NCBI RefSeq assembly: GCF_006345805.1
Contig: NW_021826820.1
Span: 1 to 12,779 of the forward strand
From: Octopus sinensis
Taxonomy: Eukaryota
Length of the DNA: 12,779 nucleotides
Direction: 5' to 3'
Shown: positions 1 through 8,942 of the stretch, piece after piece
Position numbering within the stretch: position 1 is the first letter of the stretch
How the letters are laid out: each line of letters starts with the position of its first letter
Notes under the pieces: generated by a model
Seen by the model: the letters and a program-made list of their open reading frames with translations, nothing else
Database searches by the model: none
What the model was told of the DNA's origin: nothing
Translations under genes and position numbers: made by a program

Positions 1-285
1 AGAGTATGATAGAAGAAGCTTGCTCTTCTTTTAATAGAAGAAAAATTCAAATCAGACCATGTTAACACCAAAAATTATTTACATCAAAAAGGTGCTTTTT
101 TTCTATGAAAATCCCAATTTTTTACGATTTTTTACTGCTGTGTCGCCATTTTTCCGTGTATTTCAACCAGAAAAATGTTCGCTTAAAGAGAATAACAAAC
201 TACATAATGCAAAGTTTTTACTTTTTAAAAATTCCAATTGTAAAGGGTCGAAACAAACCCGAGCAACGCCGGGCAATACTGCTAG
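1..285 (+). mobile_element. Helitron-like element 3' terminus (non-autonomous; 5' part outside window)
   Basis: CCCG-AGCAACGC-CGGG GC-rich hairpin at 258-273, 8-nt spacer, then CTAG (282-285) followed by T. This is the canonical Helitron 3' end architecture (subterminal hairpin + CTRR, A/T target). The left boundary is unknown. Confidence 0.6.
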
Positions 286-640
286 TTTATTGATAATATT
301 TTCTCTGAGACTACGCAATACCATAGCCCCAAATTTATTTGATAATCACAGCTGGAAAGAACATCGTTGATCATCTATCGGTCTGCACGACAGGAACTGA
401 CTTGGACCAAGCAAACCTTGTGTATATATGTAATTTTGCTCACGATATATACTTTTTTGTGGTGGCATAAGGGGTCGTATCAAAATGTTGCAGTCGGAAA
501 TTACCATACATCACGTGACACCTAGTCAGTCTCGCTTTCTTCAAGGAACTACGACCTTTCAACAGACAAACGTTAAATCATGCTAGACATGCACACAAAC
601 ACACATACCTACTCACAACCACACACACACACACGCATAT

Positions 641-799
641 TCTTATTTTTTCACTTGTTTCAGTCATTTGACTGCAGCCATGGAGGGGCACTGCCTTGAA
701 GAATTTTTAGTCGAATGTGTCGACCGCTAGGTTACGGTTACGTAAACACCAGCACCGGTCGTCAAGCGGTGGGAGGAGACACACACAGACACAAAGACA

Positions 800-834
<35 letters not shown>

Positions 835-835
835 T
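641..835 (-). mobile_element. tRNA-derived SINE, 3' half, internally deleted
   Basis: Reverse complement of the 3' part of the copy at 852-1248 (cttgtttcagtcatttgactgc...gtcaagcggtgg) plus an internal (AC)n tract. The head is absent. Confidence 0.75.
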
Positions 836-851
836 TATATATAAATATATA

Positions 852-1248
852 GGAGTGGCTGTGTGGTAATTAGCTTGCTGACCAACCACATGGTTCCGGG
901 TTCAGTCCCACTGCGTGGCATCTTGGGCAAGTGTCTTCTACTATAGCCTCGGGCCGACCAAAGCCTTGTGAGTGGATTTGGTAGACGGAAACTGAAAGAA
1001 GCCTGCCGTATATATATATATATGTGTGTGTGTGTGTCTGTGTGTCTGTGTTTGTCCCCCTAGCATTGCTTGACAACCGATGCTGGTGTGTGTACGTCCC
1101 CGTAACTTAGCGGTTCGGCAAAAGAGACCGATAGAATAAGTATTGGGTTTACAAAGAATAAGTCCCGGGGTCGATTTGCTCGACTAAAGGCGGTACTCCA
1201 GCATGGCCGCAGTCGAATGACTGAAACAAGTAAAAGAGTAAAAGAGTA
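852..1248 (+). mobile_element. Near full-length tRNA-derived SINE (octopus-type, CORE-like segment, internal microsatellite)
   Basis: tRNA-like head with B-box-like GGTTCAGTCCC (~899-909), CORE-like ggcatcttgggcaagtgtc, internal (TA)n(GT)n, and 3' tail actgaaacaagtaaaagagtaaaagagta. At least seven homologous copies or fragments occur elsewhere in the window. Confidence 0.9.
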
Positions 1249-1258
1249 TATATATATA

Positions 1259-1304
<46 letters not shown>

Positions 1305-1341
1305 ATATATATATATATATATATATTATAATATATATATA
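1247..1341. repeat. (TA)n microsatellite
   Basis: Directly visible, slightly interrupted dinucleotide run. Confidence 0.95.
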
Positions 1342-1352
1342 TTTACTACAAT

Positions 1353-1496
1353 GAGCTTCTTTCAGTTTTTGTCTACCAAATCCTCTCACAGGCTTTGGTC
1401 GGTCCGATGCTGTAGTAGAAGACAGTTGCCCAAGGTGCCACGTAGTAGGACTGAACTCGGACAATCTGGTTGGGAAGCAAGCTTCTTTCCACACAG
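1353..1496 (-). mobile_element. SINE 5' half (head + CORE-like part)
   Basis: Reverse complement of 852-1005 with scattered substitutions (gacagttgcccaaggtgccacgtagtaggactgaac). Confidence 0.8.
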
Positions 1497-1577
1497 ATAT
1501 AAAACCATAAAGTCAGGAGGTATGAAACGTGAATATATATATTTTTTAAAATCTGACTTCTACAGAATTACAGATTG

Positions 1578-1745
1578 CATGTTTGTATGTATATATGCAT
1601 GTATGTATGTATGTCTACATGTATGCATGCATGTATGTATGTCTACATAAAAATGAATTAAAAAAATCTAATTATTATCATATTCAGGTATGTATGTATG
1701 TGTGTGTATATATATATATATATAGATATATATATATATATATAT
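1578..1745. repeat. Compound (TATG)n/(TA)n microsatellite region
   Basis: Visible tetra- and dinucleotide runs. They explain the ORFs at 1351-1650 and 1583-1783. Confidence 0.85.
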
Positions 1746-1748
1746 TCT

Positions 1749-1964
1749 TACTCTTTACTCTTTTACTTGTTTCAGTCATTTGACTGTGGCCATGCTGGAG
1801 CACCACCTTTAATCGAGTAAATCGACCCCAGAACTTATTCTTTGTAAGCCTAGTACTTATTCTATCAGACTCTTTAGCCAAACCACTAGGTTACGGGGAC
1901 GTAAACACACCACCATCGGTTGTCAAGCGATGTTGGGGGGACAAACACAGACACACAAACATAT

Positions 1965-2014
<50 letters not shown>

Positions 2015-2160
2015 ATACATATATACGACGAGCTTCTTTCAGTTTCCGTCTATAAATCCACTCACAAGGCTTTAGTCGGCCCGAGGCTATAGTAGAAGAC
2101 ACTTGCCCAAGGTGCCACGCAGTGGGACTGAACTCAGAAACATGTGGTTCGTAAGCAAGC
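1749..2160 (-). mobile_element. Near full-length tRNA-derived SINE; extreme 5' ~20 nt replaced by (TA)n
   Basis: Reverse complement of 852-1248 over ~400 bp. It ends at gtaagcaagc directly before the TA run carrying the mariner element. Confidence 0.9.
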
Positions 2161-2176
2161 TATATATATATATATA

Positions 2177-2620
2177 TTGGGTTGGTAAAAAAGTTCGTAG
2201 CGTTTTTCAGTTTGTGACGTTTAATCATGTGATCTGTTTTATCACGTAACAGGAACATATGACATATATATTTTCTGAAAGAGGAGATCTCGGCGTATTT
2301 TTCTATTTGAATTTTCTGTGGATTATTTACTTTGGTTGCTCTTACTATAAAATTGAAAATGGCGGAAAAGGAAATGCATATCCGTCATTTAATGTACTTT
2401 CATTTCCGGAAAGGTAAAACCGCTACACAAACAACGAAGAAGATATGTGCTGTTTATGGAGATGGTACCATAGCTGAAAGTACTGTTCGTAAATGGTTCG
2501 CTAGGTTTAGAACCAAAAATTTTGACTTGGAATTTCGTGAACGTTCCGGCGGGCCAACAGTTGCTGATAATGAACAAATCGTGGCTTTAATAAAAAAAAT
2601 AATAATCCCGGAAAAATAGA
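2177..2620 (+). mobile_element. Truncated mariner (Tc1/mariner) DNA transposon: left TIR + 5' of transposase
   Basis: TA followed by TTGGGTTGGTAAAAAAGTTCGTAGCGTTTTT (mariner-like TIR, 2177-2207), a leader, then a transposase ATG at 2359. No right TIR is found in the window. Confidence 0.88.
2359..2619 (+). pseudogene. Mariner transposase N-terminal DNA-binding fragment (Mos1-type HTH); DDD catalytic domain missing
   Basis: MAEKEMHIRHLMYFHFRKGKTATQTTKKICAVYGDGTIAESTVRKWFARFRTKNFDLEFRERSGGP matches the mariner paired-HTH pattern (ICAVYG...TVRKWFARF...L.D..RSGRP). An apparent frameshift in the A-run near 2590-2600 is followed by a stop. Confidence 0.85.
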
Positions 2621-2670
2621 ACTCAAAATATGAGTATATGTATATTTTTTTATTAATATTTAGCAGAATT

Positions 2671-2750
2671 AACAGAGTGACTCGAAGTCCGAGAGTTTCA
2701 TGTGTTGGCACATATCAACGCACGAAACTCTCGGACCATAAGTCACTGTT
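2671..2750. ncRNA. Long imperfect hairpin, pre-miRNA-like candidate (unvalidated)
   Basis: Paired segments 2677-2682/2741-2746, 2687-2699/2724-2736 (13 bp perfect) and 2701-2707/2716-2722, with an 8-nt loop at 2708-2715. The hairpin is certain; the miRNA identity is inference. Confidence 0.35.
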
Positions 2751-2872
2751 GCAAAGTTTGCAGTGTGCATTAGTTGATGCAGAAACATGTGTAGGTACGT
2801 AAATGAAAAGAAGTGATCATCTGCTGAATAAAACTGGATAAAATCTATATTTTCCTTTATTATAAATTCCTT

Positions 2873-2895
2873 TTTCATATATAATATATATATAT

Positions 2896-2925
<30 letters not shown>
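2873..2925. repeat. (TA)n-rich microsatellite
   Basis: Directly visible. Confidence 0.9.
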
Positions 2926-2926
<1 letters not shown>

Positions 2927-3090
2927 CCTTCGAAACGCGAAGTAGACGAAACAGGGACAGCTGAAGAAAGGGAATATTCCTTGTGTTGTGTGTCTTGTAC
3001 TCTGTTTCTTCGTTGTTTGAAAAATTCGTTTCCATGTTTTTGTTTTTATGCTTACCTTTCTCATTGTGTTCAACGGTTTTTTTTTTATGT
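2926..3090 (+). mobile_element. Possible Penelope-like element terminal-repeat remnant
   Basis: Contains CGAAACGCG and CTGAAGA tokens followed by a T-rich tract, resembling PLE terminal repeats. There is no coding support. Confidence 0.3.
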
Positions 3091-3099
3091 CCTGTAATC

Positions 3100-3177
3100 A
3101 TATATGCATGTATATATACATATAGATGCAGGTATGTACATATATGTATGTATTTATGCATATATTTATATATTATT

Positions 3178-3217
<40 letters not shown>
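3100..3217. repeat. (TA)n/(TATG)n microsatellite region
   Basis: Directly visible. Confidence 0.85.
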
Positions 3218-3218
<1 letters not shown>

Positions 3219-3525
3219 ATGCTGCTTTTGACTATAGATAATGCTTTTGTCAATAATGTCTCAGTCCACCTTTTTAAACATGTAAAATGACGGTAAAGTT
3301 GGCTTCCATGTCGAGTACGGTGGTTATATTGCCTAACTGACGAGTTTTTTAGTCTGCCTTTTTTATATTTTTTATTTTTTTTACTTATTATTAACTTCCA
3401 ACACAACACAACACTAATCTCAAATCTGGCCCTGGAGAAAGGCCAATATAGTAAGTAATTTCTATATCCAGGAAGGAAGATGTCATCTTGCCGCTTTTAA
3501 CTTTTGGGATAACTTCCAGCACGGA

Positions 3526-3930
3526 TTATCATCACAACCACCACCATCATTATCATCGTTACAACTAGCATCATTTAATGTCTGTTTTCTATGTTGGCAT
3601 CGGTGGGATGGTTTGACAGGATCTGGTGAGCTGCAGGGCTGTGTCGAGCTCTAATGTCAGCTTTGGTGAGATTTTTACAGCTGGATGGTTTTCCTAACGT
3701 CAACCACTTAAGAGTGCTTTTTTCGTCACTAGTGAGGCTGCCAAGTAACTTGTAAGACAGGAAAAGAGACGGAGAAAGGACAAAACTCCCACTTTTAAGT
3801 GTGGGGTGGGATTTAAGAGTAGTAGGAAATTTATGCCATATATTGAGGGGCTAAAGTACGATGAAAGGCCAAGATCAAGGACCTTGTTACAGACGAGATA
3901 CTTGGTTACCCAAGGTGGGTGGAAGTAGTC
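3526..3930 (-). mobile_element. Degenerate 3' end of an RTE-like LINE or LINE-derived repeat
   Basis: A (CAT)n-like tail followed by catttaatgtctgttttctatgttggcat...tacagctggatggttttcctaacgtcaaccact resembles an abundant octopus retroposon 3' end (recalled, not searched). Confidence 0.5.
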
Positions 3931-4619
3931 GGGAGGAAGAAATTAAATACCGAGATGTCCTGTGGATTTTACATAAAATACTTTATTCTACATCGTCTTT
4001 GTTTCCTTGACTGTACCGAATAGTTTATACAATTGAGGAATGTTACCTATGATAGACTATCCAAGGCAAGGTTTATATCTCATTCGTACTCAACATTTTT
4101 ATGGCTTTTAAAAGACATTCACTTCTCGTTTCCTATAGAGAAAGAAACCTCAAGAAGCGGTGAATGTAAACAACAATCTGGTGAAAGAACCTGTTGAAAT
4201 TAGGTTCAACCAACAGTCGGCCATCTCCCAGCAACCCCCCCCCACACACACACATACATGCCAGGCCATCAATACATCAGACATTCCCCGCTGGTTGAAT
4301 CACGAGAAATGAATGAATGACCTATATTCTACCGATGAGTAACACTTTTGTATGACTTCAGAGGAGACAAAGAACTACATACCATTCCTCACCTGTTGCA
4401 AGTCAACTTGTCCTTTGGGAGAATATATTTCTATATATCACATTGTTTGTGACTTTCAGCGATGGCTTTTGTCGTCAGCTTATGACAAACACACCCAAAT
4501 AAATACCAACCAAATAATTTTGTGCATAACGTCTACTTGGTGGGACGATTTCAACAGACTTAGATCTCTTTAAGAAATAAACCCCAGACCGAAGTTCTTA
4601 TTTGTAAGGGAATATACTA

Positions 4620-4766
4620 AAAGAGAATATCCATTCTGACCGATTCCAGCTCTTCTGATTCTTTAAGTAATTTTTTACATGTATTTTTGAGGTAAGATTT
4701 TAAGCGATCTTTGTAACGATTCTTGCTTGAAAATTTTGCTTTTGCTCGAATATCTTTAAAATCTCC
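4620..4766 (-). pseudogene. Possible degenerate C-terminal fragment of an RTE-type LINE ORF
   Basis: The open frame GDFKDIRAKAKFSSKNRYKDRLKSYLKNTCKKLLKESEELESVR loosely fits the RTE C-terminal motif G.L..G.R..G...KRYKD.LK..LK......WEELA.DR. It is interrupted upstream by the SINE at 4767. Confidence 0.3.
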
Positions 4767-4917
4767 AGGCGTGGGTATGTGGTAAAAAGCTTGCTTCCCG
4801 TCCACATAGTTCCGAGTTCAGTTCCACTGCGTGTCACCTTCAGCAAGTGTCTTCTACTCTATCCTGTGTGTGGATTTGGTAGACGGAAATGTCGTATTTG
4901 TGTGTATGTATATGTGT

Positions 4918-4970
<53 letters not shown>

Positions 4971-5120
4971 CGTGTGTGTGTATGTGTGTTTGTTTGTGTG
5001 CTTGTATATATGTGTGTGTGTCTGTGTTTGTCCCCATCACTGCTTAACAACCGGTGCTGATGTGTTTACGCCCCCGTAACTTAGCAGTTCGGCAAAAGCG
5101 TCTGACAGAATAAGTACAAG
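4767..5120 (+). mobile_element. tRNA-derived SINE, 3' truncated, with (GT)n(GA)n expansion
   Basis: Homologous to 852-1150 (aggcgtgggtatgtggtaaaaagcttgc...cagaataagtac). Confidence 0.85.
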
Positions 5121-5215
5121 GTTCAAAAGCTTCAAATTATTGGGATGTAGCATTACGTTCAAGGTAACCGCTTTGCCAAAAAACCCCAATACTTGACAAT
5201 CCAGATATTTATATC

Positions 5216-5409
5216 TCTTACCTTTTTTTGTTTCAGTTATTAGACTGCAACCATGCGGGGGCACGAACAAATAGACCCCAGTACTTTATTTATTTGTAAA
5301 ACCTGGTACTTATTTTATCGGTCTCTTTTGCCAAACCTCTAAGTTACTTGGGCGTAATCACATCAACACCGGTTGCGAAGCGGTGGTGGGAGACAAACAC
5401 ACACACACA

Positions 5410-5463
<54 letters not shown>

Positions 5464-5641
5464 TACACACACACACACATATATATATATGATGGGCTTC
5501 TCTCAGTTTCAGTCGACCAAATCCACTCACAGGGCTTTGGTCGGCCCATGGCTATAGTAAAAAACACTCGCCCAATATGCCACGTAGTGGGACTGAACCC
5601 GGAACCACGTAGCCGGAAAGTAAACTTCATACCGCACAGTC
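5216..5641 (-). mobile_element. tRNA-derived SINE, near full length, with (CT)n(CA)n expansion
   Basis: Reverse complement of the 852-1248 family from tail (tgtttcagttattagactgc) to head (gaaccacgtagccggaaagtaaacttcataccgcacagtc). Confidence 0.85.
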
Positions 5642-5650
5642 TGCGTATAA

Positions 5651-5659
5651 TGTGTGTGT

Positions 5660-5700
<41 letters not shown>
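5651..5700. repeat. (GT)n microsatellite
   Basis: Directly visible. Confidence 0.95.
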
Positions 5701-5702
<2 letters not shown>

Positions 5703-6194
5703 CTGCCTGATCAGAAATGGATGGGCGTTCCAAGCTGAAATGCCTTTGATCGTTCTTATACTCGATGATAACTTATCTCGGGTTGTACAACGTAACAAGT
5801 GCCCGAGTGCATAAATGATTTTAAATCCAGTATATATACATTCATATACATATGCATACTCATGCATACTCATACATACAATCATACACGTATACATACA
5901 CAAAAAACAAGCACACTGTCTGTACACACCTACATTCATACATAGACACATAGGACGTTTCACCACAGAGAATGTTGGCGGAACATTCCCTTTAAAAGTT
6001 CTGCCAACCAAGTACAAACCTAACACACCTGGTATCATTCCAAGACATTTCTGAAATAACTCTTCTCAAATAATTCTTCCCTGTTATTGTAATGTAAATT
6101 TTAATGATGGCATTTGGTTTCATTTTTCTCTTTGCTTTGAGGTATATATAATTGATTGAAGCCATCCCCTCGTAAATTGATTGAAACTACCTCC

Positions 6195-6310
6195 TCATAA
6201 ACTGATCGATCCCGTAAGATAAAATTCATAATCGAACCGGCAGTATTCGAACTTAGGACCTATTGAATGAGACTAAATTCCGTAAAGCACTTAGTAGGAT
6301 GCTCTGCTGT
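6195..6310 (-). mobile_element. Highly degenerate copy of the second SINE family (as at 8237-8723)
   Basis: atcgatcccgtaagataaaa...ggcagtattcgaacttaggacc...aaattccgtaaagcactt aligns loosely to 8605-8700. Confidence 0.4.
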
Positions 6311-6766
6311 TTTTGTTTATTTATCAGCCGTCAGTCAACACTAAAGACTCATGCTCACTCTACTACAACTCATCACCATAACTGTTTACTTTCTGTTTAC
6401 CTTCAGTCAACGATATCAACTCGTGCGAGCCACTATATCAGCTCATCACATTTACTTCTAAAAAGCTTTCTCACATCAACTATCACTGTAAATTCTTATG
6501 TTGTTACTGTCTAGCTTTCGATTAGCCCCATCTGATCAAGTAGACCTATGATTACAGGCATTCCAGCCTGATCACACAAACACACACGCACACGCGCGCG
6601 CGCACATATATTCCACAGGACCCCTTTTTCTCTGTTGATTTTTTTACCAATAAACTTAAAAAGTATTCATTGAGCTGTGAAGGGTTCAGATGTGTAAACA
6701 ATAGACTGGTCGTGAAATGAGTGTGCAAACTTATTTCGACTTAAGTCTAGAGTTAATTCGCTTCAG

Positions 6767-7008
6767 TTAATTCATTACCATATTTATGTTGAAACACGCT
6801 GCCTTTGCATCATTTTATTTCGAAAACAATGAAGAATTTCAGTCAGAGATCTGTTTGCAGATCTTCCCATTCGGGATCTGTCCTTATTAAGCTGATGTTT
6901 TGGACATAAATTAGCATGAAATGTTTTTATTTGGATCACTTTAAAACAGAAAGTTTGTATCCTAGAACTAAGGGACAGTCTTATGCGAATTTCTATCAGA
7001 AGAATTAA
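6767..7008. mobile_element. MITE-like repeat bounded by TTAA (piggyBac-like), carrying a 38-bp foreign insert
   Basis: The ends TTAATTC (6767) and GAATTAA (to 7008) are inverted. The body resembles a common octopus ~240-bp repeat (recalled). The insert at 6841-6878 is identical to 12145-12182. Confidence 0.5.
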
Positions 7009-7297
7009 ATATACCTGAGAAAGGCATGCATACCAATCTCCCTAAGAAGCTGTAACCCTGTACCTAAGTTAGAAATCAATAAATTTACTAAGGAGCAAAT
7101 GTTGTGTGAGTGAGAAATTAAACATCTCTATCGTTCAAATACAACACAATTTTTTGTTGTGTTTTTGTTGTGTTTTAGTAATATTCTACGTTCCTTGTTT
7201 CATTTTGTTGGGAACTGAACAGGTAACAGAATAGGTAGTAAAACAGGATACAGAACAGCATAAAATTTCTGAGTCGTCGAATTGACGAATAGAGATT

Positions 7298-7321
7298 GAT
7301 TTATTGTCTAGACAATAAATC
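7298..7321. repeat. Perfect 24-bp palindrome GATTTATTGTCT-AGACAATAAATC
   Basis: The second half is the exact reverse complement of the first half, with no spacer. Confidence 0.95.
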
Positions 7322-7662
7322 CCAAAATACTCAATATGAAAGACCATCTGGTCACAGTAAGTTGCTGCAGTAAACTTCAGTCCACTCAGGTTATGTTAGT
7401 ACATGTTCAGATATTCAGATACAGCTATATCACCCCAGAATATTCTATGAACGACATTTTAAGAACCTCGTCCGTCTCACTCTTTCTCCGAACATACTCA
7501 AGAATCGTTTAGTGAGAAAAATAACAACGATACCATTAATCTTATTGTTCCGAAACAAGTTACTCTGTTATATACATCGACAAGTAAAGAAATAAATACA
7601 GCGATCCGACGATCTAGTCCACCTTGCCCTGATCCACTGCCACTATCATCACAATCTATTGG

Positions 7663-8083
7663 CAACTATAGTATCTCGCTTAAACGCTGTACTTGCTTTT
7701 AATAGTAGTCAAATTATTTTAAAACGGTCATGTTCGACAATGTAGTTGTAAATATACAAAATAGATGAAATGGTCACGACTGGAACGCTTTGATCATATG
7801 TCTACTCCGAACTTACTTGGGACTAAAGTACGAAAATAACTGGCGTAAAGGAGATGGAGGAAGGAACATATTTAGAAAATAAAGATGCTGAACGTAACGT
7901 GTCCTGTCTTTTGCACCAGAATCGGAATTCACAATATGAAGTTTTGGTCATCCAGAATCGTGGTATTTCGAGAGCACTGGATAAGCTTGCCCAGTTATTC
8001 TTGCACCGCATTAAGACCGGTCTTAAGTTTTCTCGATTACGCTAGTATAGTGTAGTCGTAAGGTCTCTACAACAGTAATACAA
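7663..8083 (+). repeat. Left arm of long inverted repeat (~421 bp)
   Basis: Reverse complement of 8943-9382 with about 12 substitutions and a 20-bp deletion (by eye). It explains the mirrored ORF pairs 7854-8045/8980-9171 and 7823-8011/9014-9202. Confidence 0.95.
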
Positions 8084-8236
8084 CTAATAATTATAAAGCA
8101 GATTCGATAGAAGTGTCAGTGTCTTCAAAACAGAGAAATAAAAAGAAAGAACTTAAGAATTAAGTAAAGACCAAAAAAGAAATCAAATCAATCGACTATT
8201 CAATTGATTGATTACATAAAAGGTTCATTAATTACT

Positions 8237-8723
8237 TATTTCTTTATTACCCACAAGGTAAAGTCGACCTTCGGTGGAATTTGAACTCAGAACTTAACGG
8301 CAGCCGAAATACCTATTTCTTTATTACCCACAAGGGGCTAAATATAGAGGGGACAAACAAGGACAGACAAAGGGATTAAGTCGATTAAATCGACTCCAGT
8401 GCGTAACTGGTACTTAATTTATCGACCTCAAAAGGATGAAAGGCAAAGTCGACCTCGGCGGAATTTGAACTCAGAACTTAACGGCAGCCGAAATACCTAT
8501 TTCTTTACTACCCACAAGGAGATAAACACAGAGAGGACAAACAAGGACAGACAAAGGGATTAAGTCGATTATATCGACCCCAGTGCGTAACTGGTACTTA
8601 TTTAATCGACCCCGAAAGGATGAAAGGCAAAGTCGACCTCGGCGGAATTTGAACTCAGAACGTAGCCGAAATACCGCTAAGCATTTTGCCCGGTGTGCTA
8701 ACGATTCAGTTAGCTCGCCGCCT
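8237..8723 (-). mobile_element. Head-to-tail multimer of a second tRNA-derived SINE family (one head + repeated body units)
   Basis: The unit marker tatttcttta(t/c)tacccacaagg occurs at 8237, 8314 and 8498. The tRNA-like head on the minus strand starts at ~8723 (aggcggcgagcta...gagttcaaattccgccg B-box). Confidence 0.85.
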
Positions 8724-8825
8724 AAGGTTGGTTTATTACTGACTGTGACAAAGGGAACAAATTCTGCGCGAATTTAAAAATCTGAAATAAAAGTAATCAA
8801 GATGACAAAAACTTCTAAGTGTTTC

Positions 8826-8942
8826 GATTATGACGAGGGTTCGAGTTGATCTGATAATCGATACAAGCTGCGCTGAGTACTCCACAGATACGCGTGCCCT
8901 TAACGTAATCCTCAGAGAGATTCAGCGTGATGCAGAATGTGA
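8826..8942 (-). mobile_element. 3' portion of a third SINE family copy, separated from its head by the inverted-repeat arm
   Basis: The minus strand reads tcacattctgcatcacgctgaatctctctgaggattacgttaagggcacgcgtatctgtggagtactcagc..., the expected continuation of the head at 9383-9529 by recalled family consensus. Confidence 0.65.

Noticed and set aside
59-370. 103-aa ORF at window start
   Set aside because: It crosses the Helitron-like 3' terminus into unrelated flank, is F/K/N-biased as expected from AT-rich DNA, and shows no domain.
468-500. TA-AGGGGTCGTATCAAAATGTTGC resembling a Tc1/mariner TIR
   Set aside because: No matching second TIR or transposase sequence is nearby, and the similarity is too weak to call.
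852-930. tRNA genes at SINE heads (also ~8640-8723 and ~9460-9529)
   Set aside because: Only A/B-box-like remnants are present, with no complete cloverleaf, and each continues into a SINE body.
4139-4312. Acceptor-like site (ctcgtttcctatag) followed by a 57-codon open frame
   Set aside because: It runs into a C-run and (AC)n, has no clear donor and no recognisable protein similarity.
5358-6038. Longest ORF (226 aa, minus strand)
   Set aside because: It runs through (CA)n, (TATG)n and a SINE copy. The HT/CV/RE dipeptide runs show it is a low-complexity read-through.
6150-6215. Three degenerate ~25-bp direct repeats (aattgattga...)
   Set aside because: They are short and diverged and overlap a decayed SINE, so they are most simply local slippage.
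7272-7349. WW-domain-like peptide SRRIDE*RLIYCLDNKSQNTQYERP with a GTAAGT donor just downstream
   Set aside because: It has an in-frame stop, lacks the first conserved Trp, has no good acceptor, and its centre is generated by the 24-bp palindrome. Chance resemblance is likely.
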